DNA from: an uncultured delta proteobacterium
GTDB taxonomy: Bacteria > Myxococcota_A > Polyangia > Polyangiales > Polyangiaceae
Length of the DNA: 64,000 bases
NCBI GenBank assembly: GCA_963841435.1
Contig: CAWJCS010000005.1
Span: 736,001 to 800,000 of the forward strand
Direction: 5' to 3'
The notes under the pieces are model-generated. The model ran no database searches, was not told where the DNA came from, and was given only the letters and a program-made list of their open reading frames with translations. Both the position numbers and the translations under genes were made by a program. Shown one piece after another: positions 19,357-29,095 of this stretch; position 1 is the first letter of the stretch; each line of letters starts with the position of its first letter.

Positions 19357-20553
19357 CTACCAGCTCAGCGATTTTCGGACCACGATGGGCTCGCCGCTGT
19401 ACGACGGCATGTGAGCACGCCCGAACGCGCGCAACACGCAGCCGTTGACGGCAACGCTGTCGAAGGACTTGAGCAGCGCGACGGACTGGACGGTACCGGT
19501 TCCGGAGAAGGTCACCTCGACCCTGCCGGACTGGGGGCCCTCCTCACAGGAACGCGCCGCGTAGCTGGCGCGACCGATGGCCGCGGCCACGCTCTCCCGG
19601 GGCGAGGGAGGCGGACCCGAGCGCCGGCGCCGGGTGGGGGTCGGCGCGGACTCCGTCGAGCTCTTTTCTGTCACCGAGCGGCGAGGCGCTTCGGTTTGCT
19701 CCGATGTCGTGGCGCGCTCGGTCGTGGTCTGGAGGGAGGCTCGCGACACGGCGTGTCGCGACTGACCGGCGAGCGGGAGTGCGTCGAGCGGCACGGGGCT
19801 CGGCACGGGCGCTTCGTCCGAATTTGCGCTCTTTGCGTCCGCCGTGGCCGCGTGAGCGCTGCGAGCCGAAGCCGAAGGAACGGGACAGCGCGGCGGTGCG
19901 GTCGCCGCGGCGGCGACCACGGACGTGAACTGTGGCGGCGTCCCCTCCGAATCGGCGGTCGCGATCCGGCTGCGCACGCCCCAGGTCGTCAGCGCGACGA
20001 GCGCGCCGATGCCGGCGCTCAACGCAATCGTGCCGAGCAGGCGCCAGCGTCCGACCCAGTCGGAGGCGCGCGACGGTGGCACCGTTCGCGCGGACTGGGT
20101 CATCGCCATCGGCGGCAACGAGCTCGGCGCGACGCGCGGCACCATCTGTGGCGCCACCGGCTGCACCGACGCGGGCGGGATGGTCGACTGCAGCGCTCGC
20201 GATGACGGATGCGGGACGACCACGGCGCTCGGCGGAGGCGGCGGCATGACCCGATGCAGCCCCGCTCGCGCCGGCGGCGCCGAGCGGCGCGCCATTTGGG
20301 CCAGCGTTTCGAGGGACGCGTTGGTCGGCTCCTCGTCCGGGGCGGCCGGCGGAGGGATTGTGTTCTTGCGATGCTCGAGCCGAATCACCGGGTTGGTCTC
20401 CGGGTCGGCCGGTGGCTTGTCGCCGGCGTCCGGAAGGTCGCGGAGCGATCGCCGGCGAACGCGCTCGCTGCTCGGTGACGTGCTGCGCGGCGAGCGCTCG
20501 TCGCGCACGACCTTCGCGGCATCGCTTCGTCTAGTCTTGCTCCGCCCTGCCAT
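19357..20553 (-). CDS. Bitopic Pro-rich protein with TonB-C-like C-terminal domain
   Basis: Disordered N-terminus, one TM (LLGTIALSAGIGALVAL), C-terminal AARSC..GRVEVTF..GCVLRAF..P.YSG. Confidence 0.65.
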   Translation of the reverse strand: MAGRSKTRRSDAAKVVRDERSPRSTSPSSERVRRRSLRDLPDAGDKPPADPETNPVIRLEHRKNTIPPPAAPDEEPTNASLETLAQMARRSAPPARAGLHRVMPPPPPSAVVVPHPSSRALQSTIPPASVQPVAPQMVPRVAPSSLPPMAMTQSARTVPPSRASDWVGRWRLLGTIALSAGIGALVALTTWGVRSRIATADSEGTPPQFTSVVAAAATAPPRCPVPSASARSAHAATADAKSANSDEAPVPSPVPLDALPLAGQSRHAVSRASLQTTTERATTSEQTEAPRRSVTEKSSTESAPTPTRRRRSGPPPSPRESVAAAIGRASYAARSCEEGPQSGRVEVTFSGTGTVQSVALLKSFDSVAVNGCVLRAFGRAHMPSYSGEPIVVRKSLSW

Positions 20554-21089
20554 TGCCTGTCTCCGAGCCTCGCCTATTTTCCTGTTATGCCGATATCGGC
20601 CGGTCAGCAAGCCGAGATTTCGCTCGCGAGAAAACCTTTCGAAACGCGAAGTACTGGAAAATTAACCGCCCCGCACTGGGGCATTCCGCGTGCCGACATC
20701 TTATTTGCATTACTGCCTTTCACTAAGAGCGTGCTGCAGTAGCGATATCCTCGCTCTCACGACGCACTCGTGCGCCGCCGGTCGCGAGAAATGCGCACGC
20801 CGCCCACGGCGACCGAACGCTGCGGCACCCGCGGTTCGCCACGGACTGCTGAACGAACGAACCGCGTGCGTCAGTGACCGAGCAACGAGCGTTCACCCAG
20901 AGGTATGAAGAGGGCTCCACTGGGACTGAACTTTCGATGACGGAGCCCGTGCCCGGAGCGGCCCGCGCGTCCGCGGAACGGACGCGAGAGAACCCGCAGG
21001 GCGGCCAATTTTGCCTGGGATCGTGCCGGATGGCAGCCGTCCGAGGCCGGCTGGTCTAAGGGGTGCCGAGCCCCTAAACTCCGCGCCCC

Positions 21090-23885
21090 ATGTCCGAGCT
21101 TCCGAAAGCCTACGACCCTGCTGACGTCGAGCCGCGCTGGTATGCGTTCTGGGAGGAAAACGGCGTCTTTCGGGCCTCGCTCGCACCAGATGACGCGCGC
21201 CCGACTTACGTCATCCCGATGCCGCCCCCGAACGTGACGGGGTCGCTGCACATGGGGCACGCGCTCTACACGATCCAGGACGTGCTGATCCGCCATGCGC
21301 GCATGCGGGGGCTCAACGTGCTGTGGCAGCCCGGCATGGACCACGCCGGCATCTCGACCCAGGTCGTCGTCGAACGGCAGCTCAAGCGCGAGGGCAAGAC
21401 GCGCCACGACCTCGGTCGCGAGGCGTTCATCGAACGGGTCTGGCGCTGGAAGGAACAGAGCGGCGGGAGAATCTTCGAACAGATGCGCGTGCTCGGCTTT
21501 TCTGCGGACTGGGAGCGCGCGAAATTCACGATGGATGCCGATCTGTCGCGGGCCGTGCGCGAAGCGTTCGTTCGGCTGTACGAGGAGGGGCTCATCTACC
21601 GCGCCACGCGCCTGGTCAACTGGGACGTCGAGTCGCGCACCGTGCTCTCGGATCTCGAGGTCGAAACCGAAGAGAACGTGCAAGGCGAGCTCTACGAGTT
21701 CGCGTACCCCGTCATCGACGCTGATCCCCGCGAGGGCGCCGTGGAGCTCGTGGTCGCGACGACGCGCCCCGAGACGATGCTGGGCGACACGGCAGTCGCC
21801 GTCCACCCCGACGATCCGCGCTACCTGCATCTGCACGGAAAAAAGCTGAAGCACCCGTTCGTACCCCGCGAGATCCCCGTGATCACCGATCCAGTGCTCG
21901 TCGACATGGCGTTCGGCACGGGCGCGGTGAAGGTCACGCCGGCCCACGATTTCAACGATTTCGCAACGGGCAAGCGCCACGGCCTCGAGGAGATCAGCAT
22001 CCTCGCGCTCGACGGCACCATGAACGAAAAGGCCGGGGAGTTTGCCGGGATGGATCGCTTCGCGGCGAGAAAGGCGGTCAAGAAACGCCTCGCCGAGAGC
22101 GGGCTCGCGCGAGGCTCGAAACAGCACATGATGACGCTGCCCCGCTCGCAACGCACCGGCACCGTCGTCGAGCCGCTGATATCGACCCAGTGGTTCGTGA
22201 AGATGCAACCGCTCGCCGAGCCGGCGCTCGAGGCCGTGCGCAGCGGACGCACGCGCATCGTGCCCGAGGAGTGGGTGAAGACGTGGGAGCACTGGCTCAC
22301 GAACATCCAGGATTGGTGTATCTCCCGGCAGCTCTGGTGGGGGCACCAGATCCCCGCGTTTTACTGCGCTGCCTGCGGGGCGGTCGCCGTCACGCGCACC
22401 GACCCCGAGGCGTGCCCGAAGTGCGGCACAGCCGGGCCCACGCGCGACCAGGACGTGCTCGACACCTGGTTCTCGAGCGGCCTCTGGCCGTTCTCCACGC
22501 TCGGCTGGCCCGACGAGACGCCGGCGCTTCGGCGTTTCTACCCCGCGAGCGACCTCGAGACCGGCTACGACATCCTGTTCTTCTGGGTCGCCCGCATGAT
22601 GATGATGGGCCTTAAATTCACGGGGGAGGTGCCGTTCCGACGCGTCCTTTTGCACGGGATGGTGGTCGACGAAACCGGCGACAAGATGAGCAAGGTGAAG
22701 GGAAACACGCTCGATCCGCTCGATCTGATCCACGGGGCCGAGTTCGACGCCATCGTGAGGAAGCTGTTGCCCGACGCGCCACCCGAGGAAGCGCTCGCCA
22801 AGTTCAAGAAGGCGTACCCGTCCGTGGCCCAGATGGGCAAGGGCTTCGCTGCCTGCGGCACGGACGCGCTCCGCTTCACGCTCGTGAGCTATTCGCCGCA
22901 GGCCAAGCGCATCGCTCTCTCGCCGGCGCGCATCGACGGCTATCGAAAATTTTGCAACAAGATCTACAACGCCACGCGCTTCGCGCTCGACTACGTCGAG
23001 GGGGAGAAGCCGAGCGGGCATCCGCCCGTCGTGACGCTGCTTTTGAACCGCTGGATCCTGTCGCGCCTCAGCGCGGCCACCGTCGCAAGCACGCGCGGCA
23101 TCGAGGACTTCAGGCTCGACGAGGGGTCGAGCGCCCTCTACCACTTCTTCTGGGACGAGCTTTGCGACTGGTACCTCGAAATGACCAAGCCGGTTTTCGC
23201 CGAGGGTAGCGCCGAGGCCAAGCAGGAAACGCGGCGCACGCTGGCGCACGCGCTCGAAGCGGCGCTGCGCGCGCTGCACCCGTACGCGCCGTTCATCACC
23301 GAGGAGCTCTGGCAGCGCCTGCCGCGTCCCGAAGGGCGCCCCCTCTCGATTGCGCTCGCCCCCTACCCGGGCTCCGGCGACGGGCGTCTCGACCCGGAGG
23401 CCGAGCGCGAGATGGACCTTTTGATGGGAGCCGTCAGCTCGGCGCGCACGGCGCGCAGCGAGCACGAGATCCACCCCGCACAGCGGGTCAAACTCGAGCT
23501 TCGCGCCGCCGACCCCGGCGTGCGGGCGCTTCTCACGCGCGAGGCGCGCTTCATCGAGTTCCTCGTCGCCAGCGAAGGCTCGCTGACGGTCGGCGAGACG
23601 GGCGGTCCGCGCCCGCCCGGAACGGTGATGGACGTGAGCCATGACATCGAGGTGCTCGTCGGACTGCGCGGGCTCGTCGACCCGAGCAAAGAGTCGGAGC
23701 GCGTGGCGCGCTCGCTCAAGAACGTCGAGAAGGACATCGCGGTGATGAAAAAGCGCCTCGAAAACCAGAAATTCTTGAGCAATGCGCCGCCCGACGTCGT
23801 CGAGGCGGCTCGGGCGCAGCTGGCCGAGCTCGAGCGCAAAAAGGAGCGCCTGCTCGACGCCGCTCGGCTCGTCACGGAGCTCTGA
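21090..23885 (+). CDS. valS: Valine--tRNA ligase
   Basis: PPPNVTGSLHMGHA, DWCISRQLWWGH, KMSKVKGN, C-terminal coiled coil. Confidence 0.97.
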   Translation: MSELPKAYDPADVEPRWYAFWEENGVFRASLAPDDARPTYVIPMPPPNVTGSLHMGHALYTIQDVLIRHARMRGLNVLWQPGMDHAGISTQVVVERQLKREGKTRHDLGREAFIERVWRWKEQSGGRIFEQMRVLGFSADWERAKFTMDADLSRAVREAFVRLYEEGLIYRATRLVNWDVESRTVLSDLEVETEENVQGELYEFAYPVIDADPREGAVELVVATTRPETMLGDTAVAVHPDDPRYLHLHGKKLKHPFVPREIPVITDPVLVDMAFGTGAVKVTPAHDFNDFATGKRHGLEEISILALDGTMNEKAGEFAGMDRFAARKAVKKRLAESGLARGSKQHMMTLPRSQRTGTVVEPLISTQWFVKMQPLAEPALEAVRSGRTRIVPEEWVKTWEHWLTNIQDWCISRQLWWGHQIPAFYCAACGAVAVTRTDPEACPKCGTAGPTRDQDVLDTWFSSGLWPFSTLGWPDETPALRRFYPASDLETGYDILFFWVARMMMMGLKFTGEVPFRRVLLHGMVVDETGDKMSKVKGNTLDPLDLIHGAEFDAIVRKLLPDAPPEEALAKFKKAYPSVAQMGKGFAACGTDALRFTLVSYSPQAKRIALSPARIDGYRKFCNKIYNATRFALDYVEGEKPSGHPPVVTLLLNRWILSRLSAATVASTRGIEDFRLDEGSSALYHFFWDELCDWYLEMTKPVFAEGSAEAKQETRRTLAHALEAALRALHPYAPFITEELWQRLPRPEGRPLSIALAPYPGSGDGRLDPEAEREMDLLMGAVSSARTARSEHEIHPAQRVKLELRAADPGVRALLTREARFIEFLVASEGSLTVGETGGPRPPGTVMDVSHDIEVLVGLRGLVDPSKESERVARSLKNVEKDIAVMKKRLENQKFLSNAPPDVVEAARAQLAELERKKERLLDAARLVTEL

Positions 23886-23890
23886 GGGCC

Positions 23891-24376
23891 ATGGCGGACA
23901 GGGGGTACGCAGCGGACGTTGTGAGAAACACGCTCGTGGTGGTGTGGAATGGCGACCCGACGATCGACCGACTGGAGGCCACGTTCAAAAAGCTCGTGGA
24001 CCTTTCGAAGCGCTACCCTGACGGCGTGTTCATGTACAACGTGATCCTGCCGAGCACGGGCATGCCGGGGCCCCATGCGCGCAAGCTCTTGCAGCACCAG
24101 TTCGAGTCGATGCGCGGGGCGCTCAAGGGGGCCGTCGTCGTGCTCGAGAAGTCCGGCATCGAGGGCACGCTGTCACGCACGATCATCTCGACGCTGCTCG
24201 TGCTGAGTAGAAAGCCGTTCGCCATGAAGGTGTTCGGACTGCGCAGGGAGGCGAGCGAGTGGCTGGCCAGCCACGGCAATAGTCGCGACGGCGAGCTCTG
24301 GATAGCGCGCGCGGCTGCGCTCACGGGACAACTGGAAACCGAGGCGAATCGCTCGGCAACCCGCTTTGCGCCCTGA
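23891..24376 (+). CDS. STAS/SEC14-like hypothetical protein
   Basis: LVVVW..PT, AVVVLE..G, KVF...EASEWL pattern recalled from Polyangiaceae. 5 bp after valS. Confidence 0.6.
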   Translation: MADRGYAADVVRNTLVVVWNGDPTIDRLEATFKKLVDLSKRYPDGVFMYNVILPSTGMPGPHARKLLQHQFESMRGALKGAVVVLEKSGIEGTLSRTIISTLLVLSRKPFAMKVFGLRREASEWLASHGNSRDGELWIARAAALTGQLETEANRSATRFAP

Positions 24377-24391
24377 CCCCGAGCGCTCGAG

Positions 24392-25171
24392 TCAGAAGCG
24401 GAAACGGCCGAGCAGGCCGATCTGACGGATATCGAACGTTCCGCCGCTGCCGAACAGGTTGTTGAACTGCAGCACGCCGCCGAGATCGACGTTGTTCGTG
24501 AGCGACACGATCACCCCGCCTTCGAGAGGGATCTCGTGCCGGTTGCCGAAGCCCTCCAGGCGCCCGCCGAGCCCAGTCCCCACGAACGGCGCCACGCTGC
24601 GCGTCACCTGGAAGTAGAACCAGACGGGTAGCCAGAGAAAATCCTTGTTGCCGCCCTGCGCGTCGTCACGCCGGCTGAGGCCGATCTGCAGTGACGGATC
24701 GAAGACCAGGGCCACGACGGAGCCGAGGTTCGCGCGCATGAGCACGCCACCGCGCACGGCGAGGAAGGTCGGATCGAGCGACAGGAACTCGGGCGCGGTG
24801 ACCTCGAGGTCGGCCTCGAAGCCTGCCGAGCGCACGAGACGGTACAGGATGCCGAACCCCACGTCGTTGTAGACGCGGCCGCAGTTGAAGCAGGGGCCTC
24901 CCCAACGGTAAAATGGGCCCACCTCGTGGGTGATGCCCAGCGTGAGGGAGTCGGTCACGCCGAAGTACACGTGGAGCGGCACGTGGAACGGCTCGAGGTG
25001 CGAGTCTTGCGAAATGTCGAGCCCGAGGATCGTCGGGCGCGCAGGCATGCCCGTGAGCTCGACGGAATGCCGGGGCAACACGTAGCTGCGGCGGGTAAAC
25101 TCCTCTGCCATCGCGGTGGGGGCGAAGAGGACGACCAACGTCGAGAACAGCGAAAGGAGCACGGCGCGCAT
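24392..25171 (-). CDS. Outer-membrane beta-barrel protein, hypothetical
   Basis: Signal peptide (AMA), amphipathic strands, terminal GRFRF. Confidence 0.7.
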   Translation of the reverse strand: MRAVLLSLFSTLVVLFAPTAMAEEFTRRSYVLPRHSVELTGMPARPTILGLDISQDSHLEPFHVPLHVYFGVTDSLTLGITHEVGPFYRWGGPCFNCGRVYNDVGFGILYRLVRSAGFEADLEVTAPEFLSLDPTFLAVRGGVLMRANLGSVVALVFDPSLQIGLSRRDDAQGGNKDFLWLPVWFYFQVTRSVAPFVGTGLGGRLEGFGNRHEIPLEGGVIVSLTNNVDLGGVLQFNNLFGSGGTFDIRQIGLLGRFRF

Positions 25172-25184
25172 GGCGCCGGGAACT

Positions 25185-26709
25185 TTAGCCCGGGTTGAAC
25201 ATGATGGGGTAGCTCACACGCACGAGGCCGTCTTTGGGCGCTGGGAACGAGACGCCGTAGAACGCGCTCACGACGCAGCCGACGACCTTGCTGTCGGGCA
25301 GATCGCTGCCGCCGTTGGTCGCGTTCGAGACGACCCCGTCGCGGTCGATGATGAAGCGCGTGGTGACGCGGCCCGTGAGGTTCGGATTCGTTCTGAGCCC
25401 GAGCTCGTAGCAGCCGCGGAAACGTCCGAAGTTCTGGCGCACGACGCGCTGGATGAGCTCCGGCGCGAGGTGCCCGCCGAGCACGGTTTCGCCGACGGCA
25501 CGCAGCGTCGGCCCGGAGGTGTGGTGCCCGCGCCCGAGTCGCCCGAGCCCCGTACCTTCCCCGTGCCCGCCGCGCCCGAGGCCGCCCCCACCCGTTCCCA
25601 TGCCACAGTCGGTGCCGCAGGTACCGATGCCGCCGAGGCCAATCCATTCGCCGCGGTCGCCGCCGCCGCTGCCGATGCCGCTGAGGTCGAGGCCGCCCGC
25701 GCCGCCGCTCTCGCCGATGCTCTCGCCGTACAGGTTGCCCCAGGCATCGGTCGCGTCAGGTCCGTTCGCGACCGACGCGCCCCAGAGCGCCGTGGGGAGC
25801 GCACGGCCGTTCATGCTCGCGAGCATGCCGACGAGTCCGAACGTGCGCGCCTCGGCGATGGCCGCTTCGCGCGACAACACGCGCTCGCCGCTACCGGCGA
25901 TGGCGACGCGCTTGTCCGTGACGGGACGGTTGGGACGCCCCATCGCACCGCGTGGACCGGCCGCTTCCGCGCCGGGCGTCCCACCGCCCGGCGTCGCATC
26001 GCCCGGCACCTCGGGGCGGCGCTCCTCGCGCTCGGCGAGCGCGTCGAGGTAGGGCCGCAGCACGGCCAGCTGATCCCGGTCGAGCCCATCGTCGAGCGAG
26101 GCGCCGAGGGCGGGCGTGTAGTACGCGAGCACACCGAGGAACGCCGCCACGGCCCCGAACGAGCAGGCGAGCGCCGCACCGAGACGGCCGGAATCCTGGG
26201 CCATGGCGCGAGGCACGCGCGCGCCCGCCGTCACGGCGGCGATGCGAAACGTGATCGCCCCGAGCTCCAGATCGACGCGAACGTCCGGGACCGAGCGCGA
26301 GATCACCGTCGGCCGCCGCGCCCTCCGCGCGGCGCACCCTGCCGCCGGGTGGCACGACGACGCGCGGCCCCGCGGGTCCGAGCTCGACGATCGGCGCGCG
26401 CGCGAAGCCAGCGACCTCAGCGGGCAGCAAGAAGTTGACCGTCGCGCCGTCGCCGTGCCCGACGAAGAAGGGTCGCGGTGGCGCGAGGTGAGCGACCTCG
26501 AGCACACTCGTACCCCAGAGCACCAACACCTCGACGGCCTCGGTACCCACCTGCTCGCACTCCCCCGCGGCGAGCGGCTCCGCGCTCCGGACGAGCACGT
26601 AAGTGTCGCGCTCGGCACGCGGAAGGGCGGGCGGCGCGTTGACCGGAACGGCAGGGATGGACTCGAATGAGGTGGACGGAAAAAGGGCAGACGGGTGCTC
26701 GGTGGCCAT
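25185..26709 (-). CDS. AgmX/PglI C-terminal (TonB-C) domain protein, GltG-like; +1 frameshift near 26283
   Basis: N-part MATEHPS...EVLVLWG in ORF 25891 joins the C-part in ORF 25185 (TM, Gly-rich, IQRVVRQNFGRFRGCYE..VSYPIMF). Removing one base gives 508 codons. Confidence 0.8.
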
Positions 26710-26915
26710 GGGCAAAGCTCCTTGGTTCGCGACGCACGCGACCCGGCCCGGCGGTTTCTCCGCTGCCTCGCGCGTGATCTCGTCGCTTGCTCCAGCATCG
26801 ACAGGTCCGCGCCGCCGAAGTTCCTGAGCAGCAATATTTGCGGACGGGATCGCGCCGGCCGAAATTCGACTGCACCGGCCGGCACGCCTGGTGTAGGTTT
26901 TGATATGAGGCTCTC

Positions 26916-27866
26916 GTGAGCGACGACCGCGCCCCCGGAGACTATGCGCTCGAGGAGGACGATCCGGCGGAGCGTACGGCGGTCGTTTCGCTTGGCGATC
27001 TGCGTAGCCCACGCCGGCAGGCCAAGGACCGGCACCTCTTGATCCGCGCGCGCGGCGCGCAGCTCGGCCACGTGACCCGCCTCGGTGTCGGCGCGCACAA
27101 GGTAGGCCGCGCCACCGACTCGGAAATCTGGTTGAGCGACGATGGCGTGAGCCGCCGCCACGCCGTGGTGACCCAGGAGGGGCACGGCTACGTCATCGAA
27201 GACACGCAGTCGGCGAACGGCACGTTCGTCGCCGGCCAGCGCATCGAGCGCGCCGTGCTGCGCGACGGCGACCTGATCCAGTTCGGGCCGCAGGCGATGT
27301 TCCGCTACTCGATCGCCGACGAGGCGCAGGAGCAGCTGCTCCGGCAGCTCTACGAAGCGAGCGTCACGGACGCGCTCACCGGCGCCAACAACCGGGAGTC
27401 CTTCGACAGCCACCTTCGCATGGAGCTTTCCTACGCGCGCCGCCACAACACCGACTGCGCGCTCGTGCTGTTCGACGTCAACCACTTCAAGCGCGTCAAC
27501 GACGGCTACGGGCACCCCGTGGGTGACGAAGTGCTCGTCGAAATCTCCAAAGCGGCGCGCCGTGTGGTGCGCAACGAGGACGTTTTTGCCCGTTACGGCG
27601 GCGAGGAGTTCGCGTTGATCCTGCGCGGCATCGCGCTCGATGGCGCGCGCGCCGTCGGGGAACGGCTGCGCGAGCGCATCGCTGCCCTGAGCATCCCGAC
27701 CGAGCAGGGGCCGCTCACGGTCACGGTGAGCGTGGGCTGCGCCTCGGTGAGCACGACGCCGGACCTGAGCGCCGAGGCACTCGTCCAGGCCGCCGACCGA
27801 CGCCTCTACGTCGCCAAGCGCAGCGGACGCAACCGCGTCGTGGCCGCCGACCCGCCTGAAGAATGA
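26916..27866 (+). CDS. FHA-GGDEF diguanylate cyclase
   Basis: FHA GR..VSRRHA..SANGTFV; DALTG, RNED I-site, RYGGEEF. Confidence 0.93.
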   Translation: MSDDRAPGDYALEEDDPAERTAVVSLGDLRSPRRQAKDRHLLIRARGAQLGHVTRLGVGAHKVGRATDSEIWLSDDGVSRRHAVVTQEGHGYVIEDTQSANGTFVAGQRIERAVLRDGDLIQFGPQAMFRYSIADEAQEQLLRQLYEASVTDALTGANNRESFDSHLRMELSYARRHNTDCALVLFDVNHFKRVNDGYGHPVGDEVLVEISKAARRVVRNEDVFARYGGEEFALILRGIALDGARAVGERLRERIAALSIPTEQGPLTVTVSVGCASVSTTPDLSAEALVQAADRRLYVAKRSGRNRVVAADPPEE

Positions 27867-27914
27867 GCTTGGGGCGGGCGAGCGGTGGAGTTAGCCGCCC
27901 GAGCCGCGCGCGCG

Positions 27915-28982
27915 TCAGGCGTCGCGCCGGTACACGACCCAGCGCATGTCGATGGGCGTCTTCTGTGCGGGCAACGCGAACACGTTGACGCCGCGGGTCC
28001 ATTCCACGAACCAGCCGGTCGGTGGCCAGGCACTCTCCGGCAAGCGCTTCTGTTCGTAGTCGCACACCGACTCTTCGGAGATCTGACTGAGCCCGAGCCC
28101 GGCTGACGCGTCGGCAAGCTCCTGTCGCGTGTAGAGCGTCGACCAGAACACCTGCGAGAGCTCGCGGGCGAGCGCATCGGGCTGGTAGCCGCCCACGGGC
28201 AAGAACACGCTGAACGCGAGCAGCCCGCCGGGCGAAAGCAGCTCCGAGGCTCGCTCGAAGAGCCGGCGGAGCTCGTCCACGCCCCGGAAATGCGACACCA
28301 CCTCGCAAAGGACGATCAACCTGAAGTGCGAGGCGGGCAGGCCGAGCGGCGCGCGCAGCACGTCGCCCTCGACGAGCTCGACGTGCAGGCGCTCCTTCTT
28401 GGCATCGTCACGCAAGATCTTCGCGAGATCGGGGCTCAGCTCGACGGCGCTCGTGGGGTGGCCGGCCCGCGCGAGCGGCAGTGTGTTTCGACCCGTGCCC
28501 GCACCGACGTCGAGCACGGGAGCAGACCCGGGAGGTCCGAGGCTCTTCGCGAGGTCCATTACCTTGCTGTCGGGGTGCGTTCCGAAGAGCGGCGGCGTGC
28601 GTTGAGCGACCCAGGTCGCGTACTCCTGTTCGATCGTCGAGAGCTCGAGTGAAACGAAGTAGGACAGGCTCGTCTTCGGCGGGTCATCGGTCTGGAACCG
28701 CACGATGACGTACGAGTACGGTGAAGACGCGAAGCCTTCGCTGAGCTTCTTCTGCAAGATGCCGCGAAGCGCTTCGACCTCCTCCGGCTTGAACTTCCGC
28801 CCGTGGACCGAGAAGATCCGAACGAGGCTCTCCGTGTAGTGGTCGAGCAACGCCGGCACGGCCGGCAAGCGCAAGCGGCCGGAAGCGTGGAGGCGCTTCG
28901 GCAGGCGCCGGATCATCGACTCACGAAGCGTCGACGCGTCGAGCTCGTGCCCACGGGCGACCTTCGGGGGGCTTTCGCTCAT
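27915..28982 (-). CDS. Class I SAM-dependent methyltransferase
   Basis: VLDVGAGTGRN motif. ATG 28982. Confidence 0.85.
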   Translation of the reverse strand: MSESPPKVARGHELDASTLRESMIRRLPKRLHASGRLRLPAVPALLDHYTESLVRIFSVHGRKFKPEEVEALRGILQKKLSEGFASSPYSYVIVRFQTDDPPKTSLSYFVSLELSTIEQEYATWVAQRTPPLFGTHPDSKVMDLAKSLGPPGSAPVLDVGAGTGRNTLPLARAGHPTSAVELSPDLAKILRDDAKKERLHVELVEGDVLRAPLGLPASHFRLIVLCEVVSHFRGVDELRRLFERASELLSPGGLLAFSVFLPVGGYQPDALARELSQVFWSTLYTRQELADASAGLGLSQISEESVCDYEQKRLPESAWPPTGWFVEWTRGVNVFALPAQKTPIDMRWVVYRRDA

Positions 28983-29095
28983 CGCCGGCCGAACATACGC
29001 CGGGGGTGGCGAAATGGGCAGCTTTGTGCCGCGCGCGGCGCCCGGCGAGCAACCGCGCGCGGACCGCCGTCGCTGCGCTACGCTCCGCCCGCCCC

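Noticed and set aside
20560..21089. T-box leader upstream of valS
   Set aside because: No T-box consensus (GGTGGNACCGCG) or terminator with a U-tract was seen.
20871..23642. 923-aa minus-strand ORF, and similar long ORFs 8016..10109, 36451..39027 and 50133..53252
   Set aside because: Shadow frames of valS, sgmX/ygiQ, the ABC genes and the RND gene, as expected at high GC. Only the last ~30 codons before 53056 of the 50133 frame are used, as a signal peptide.
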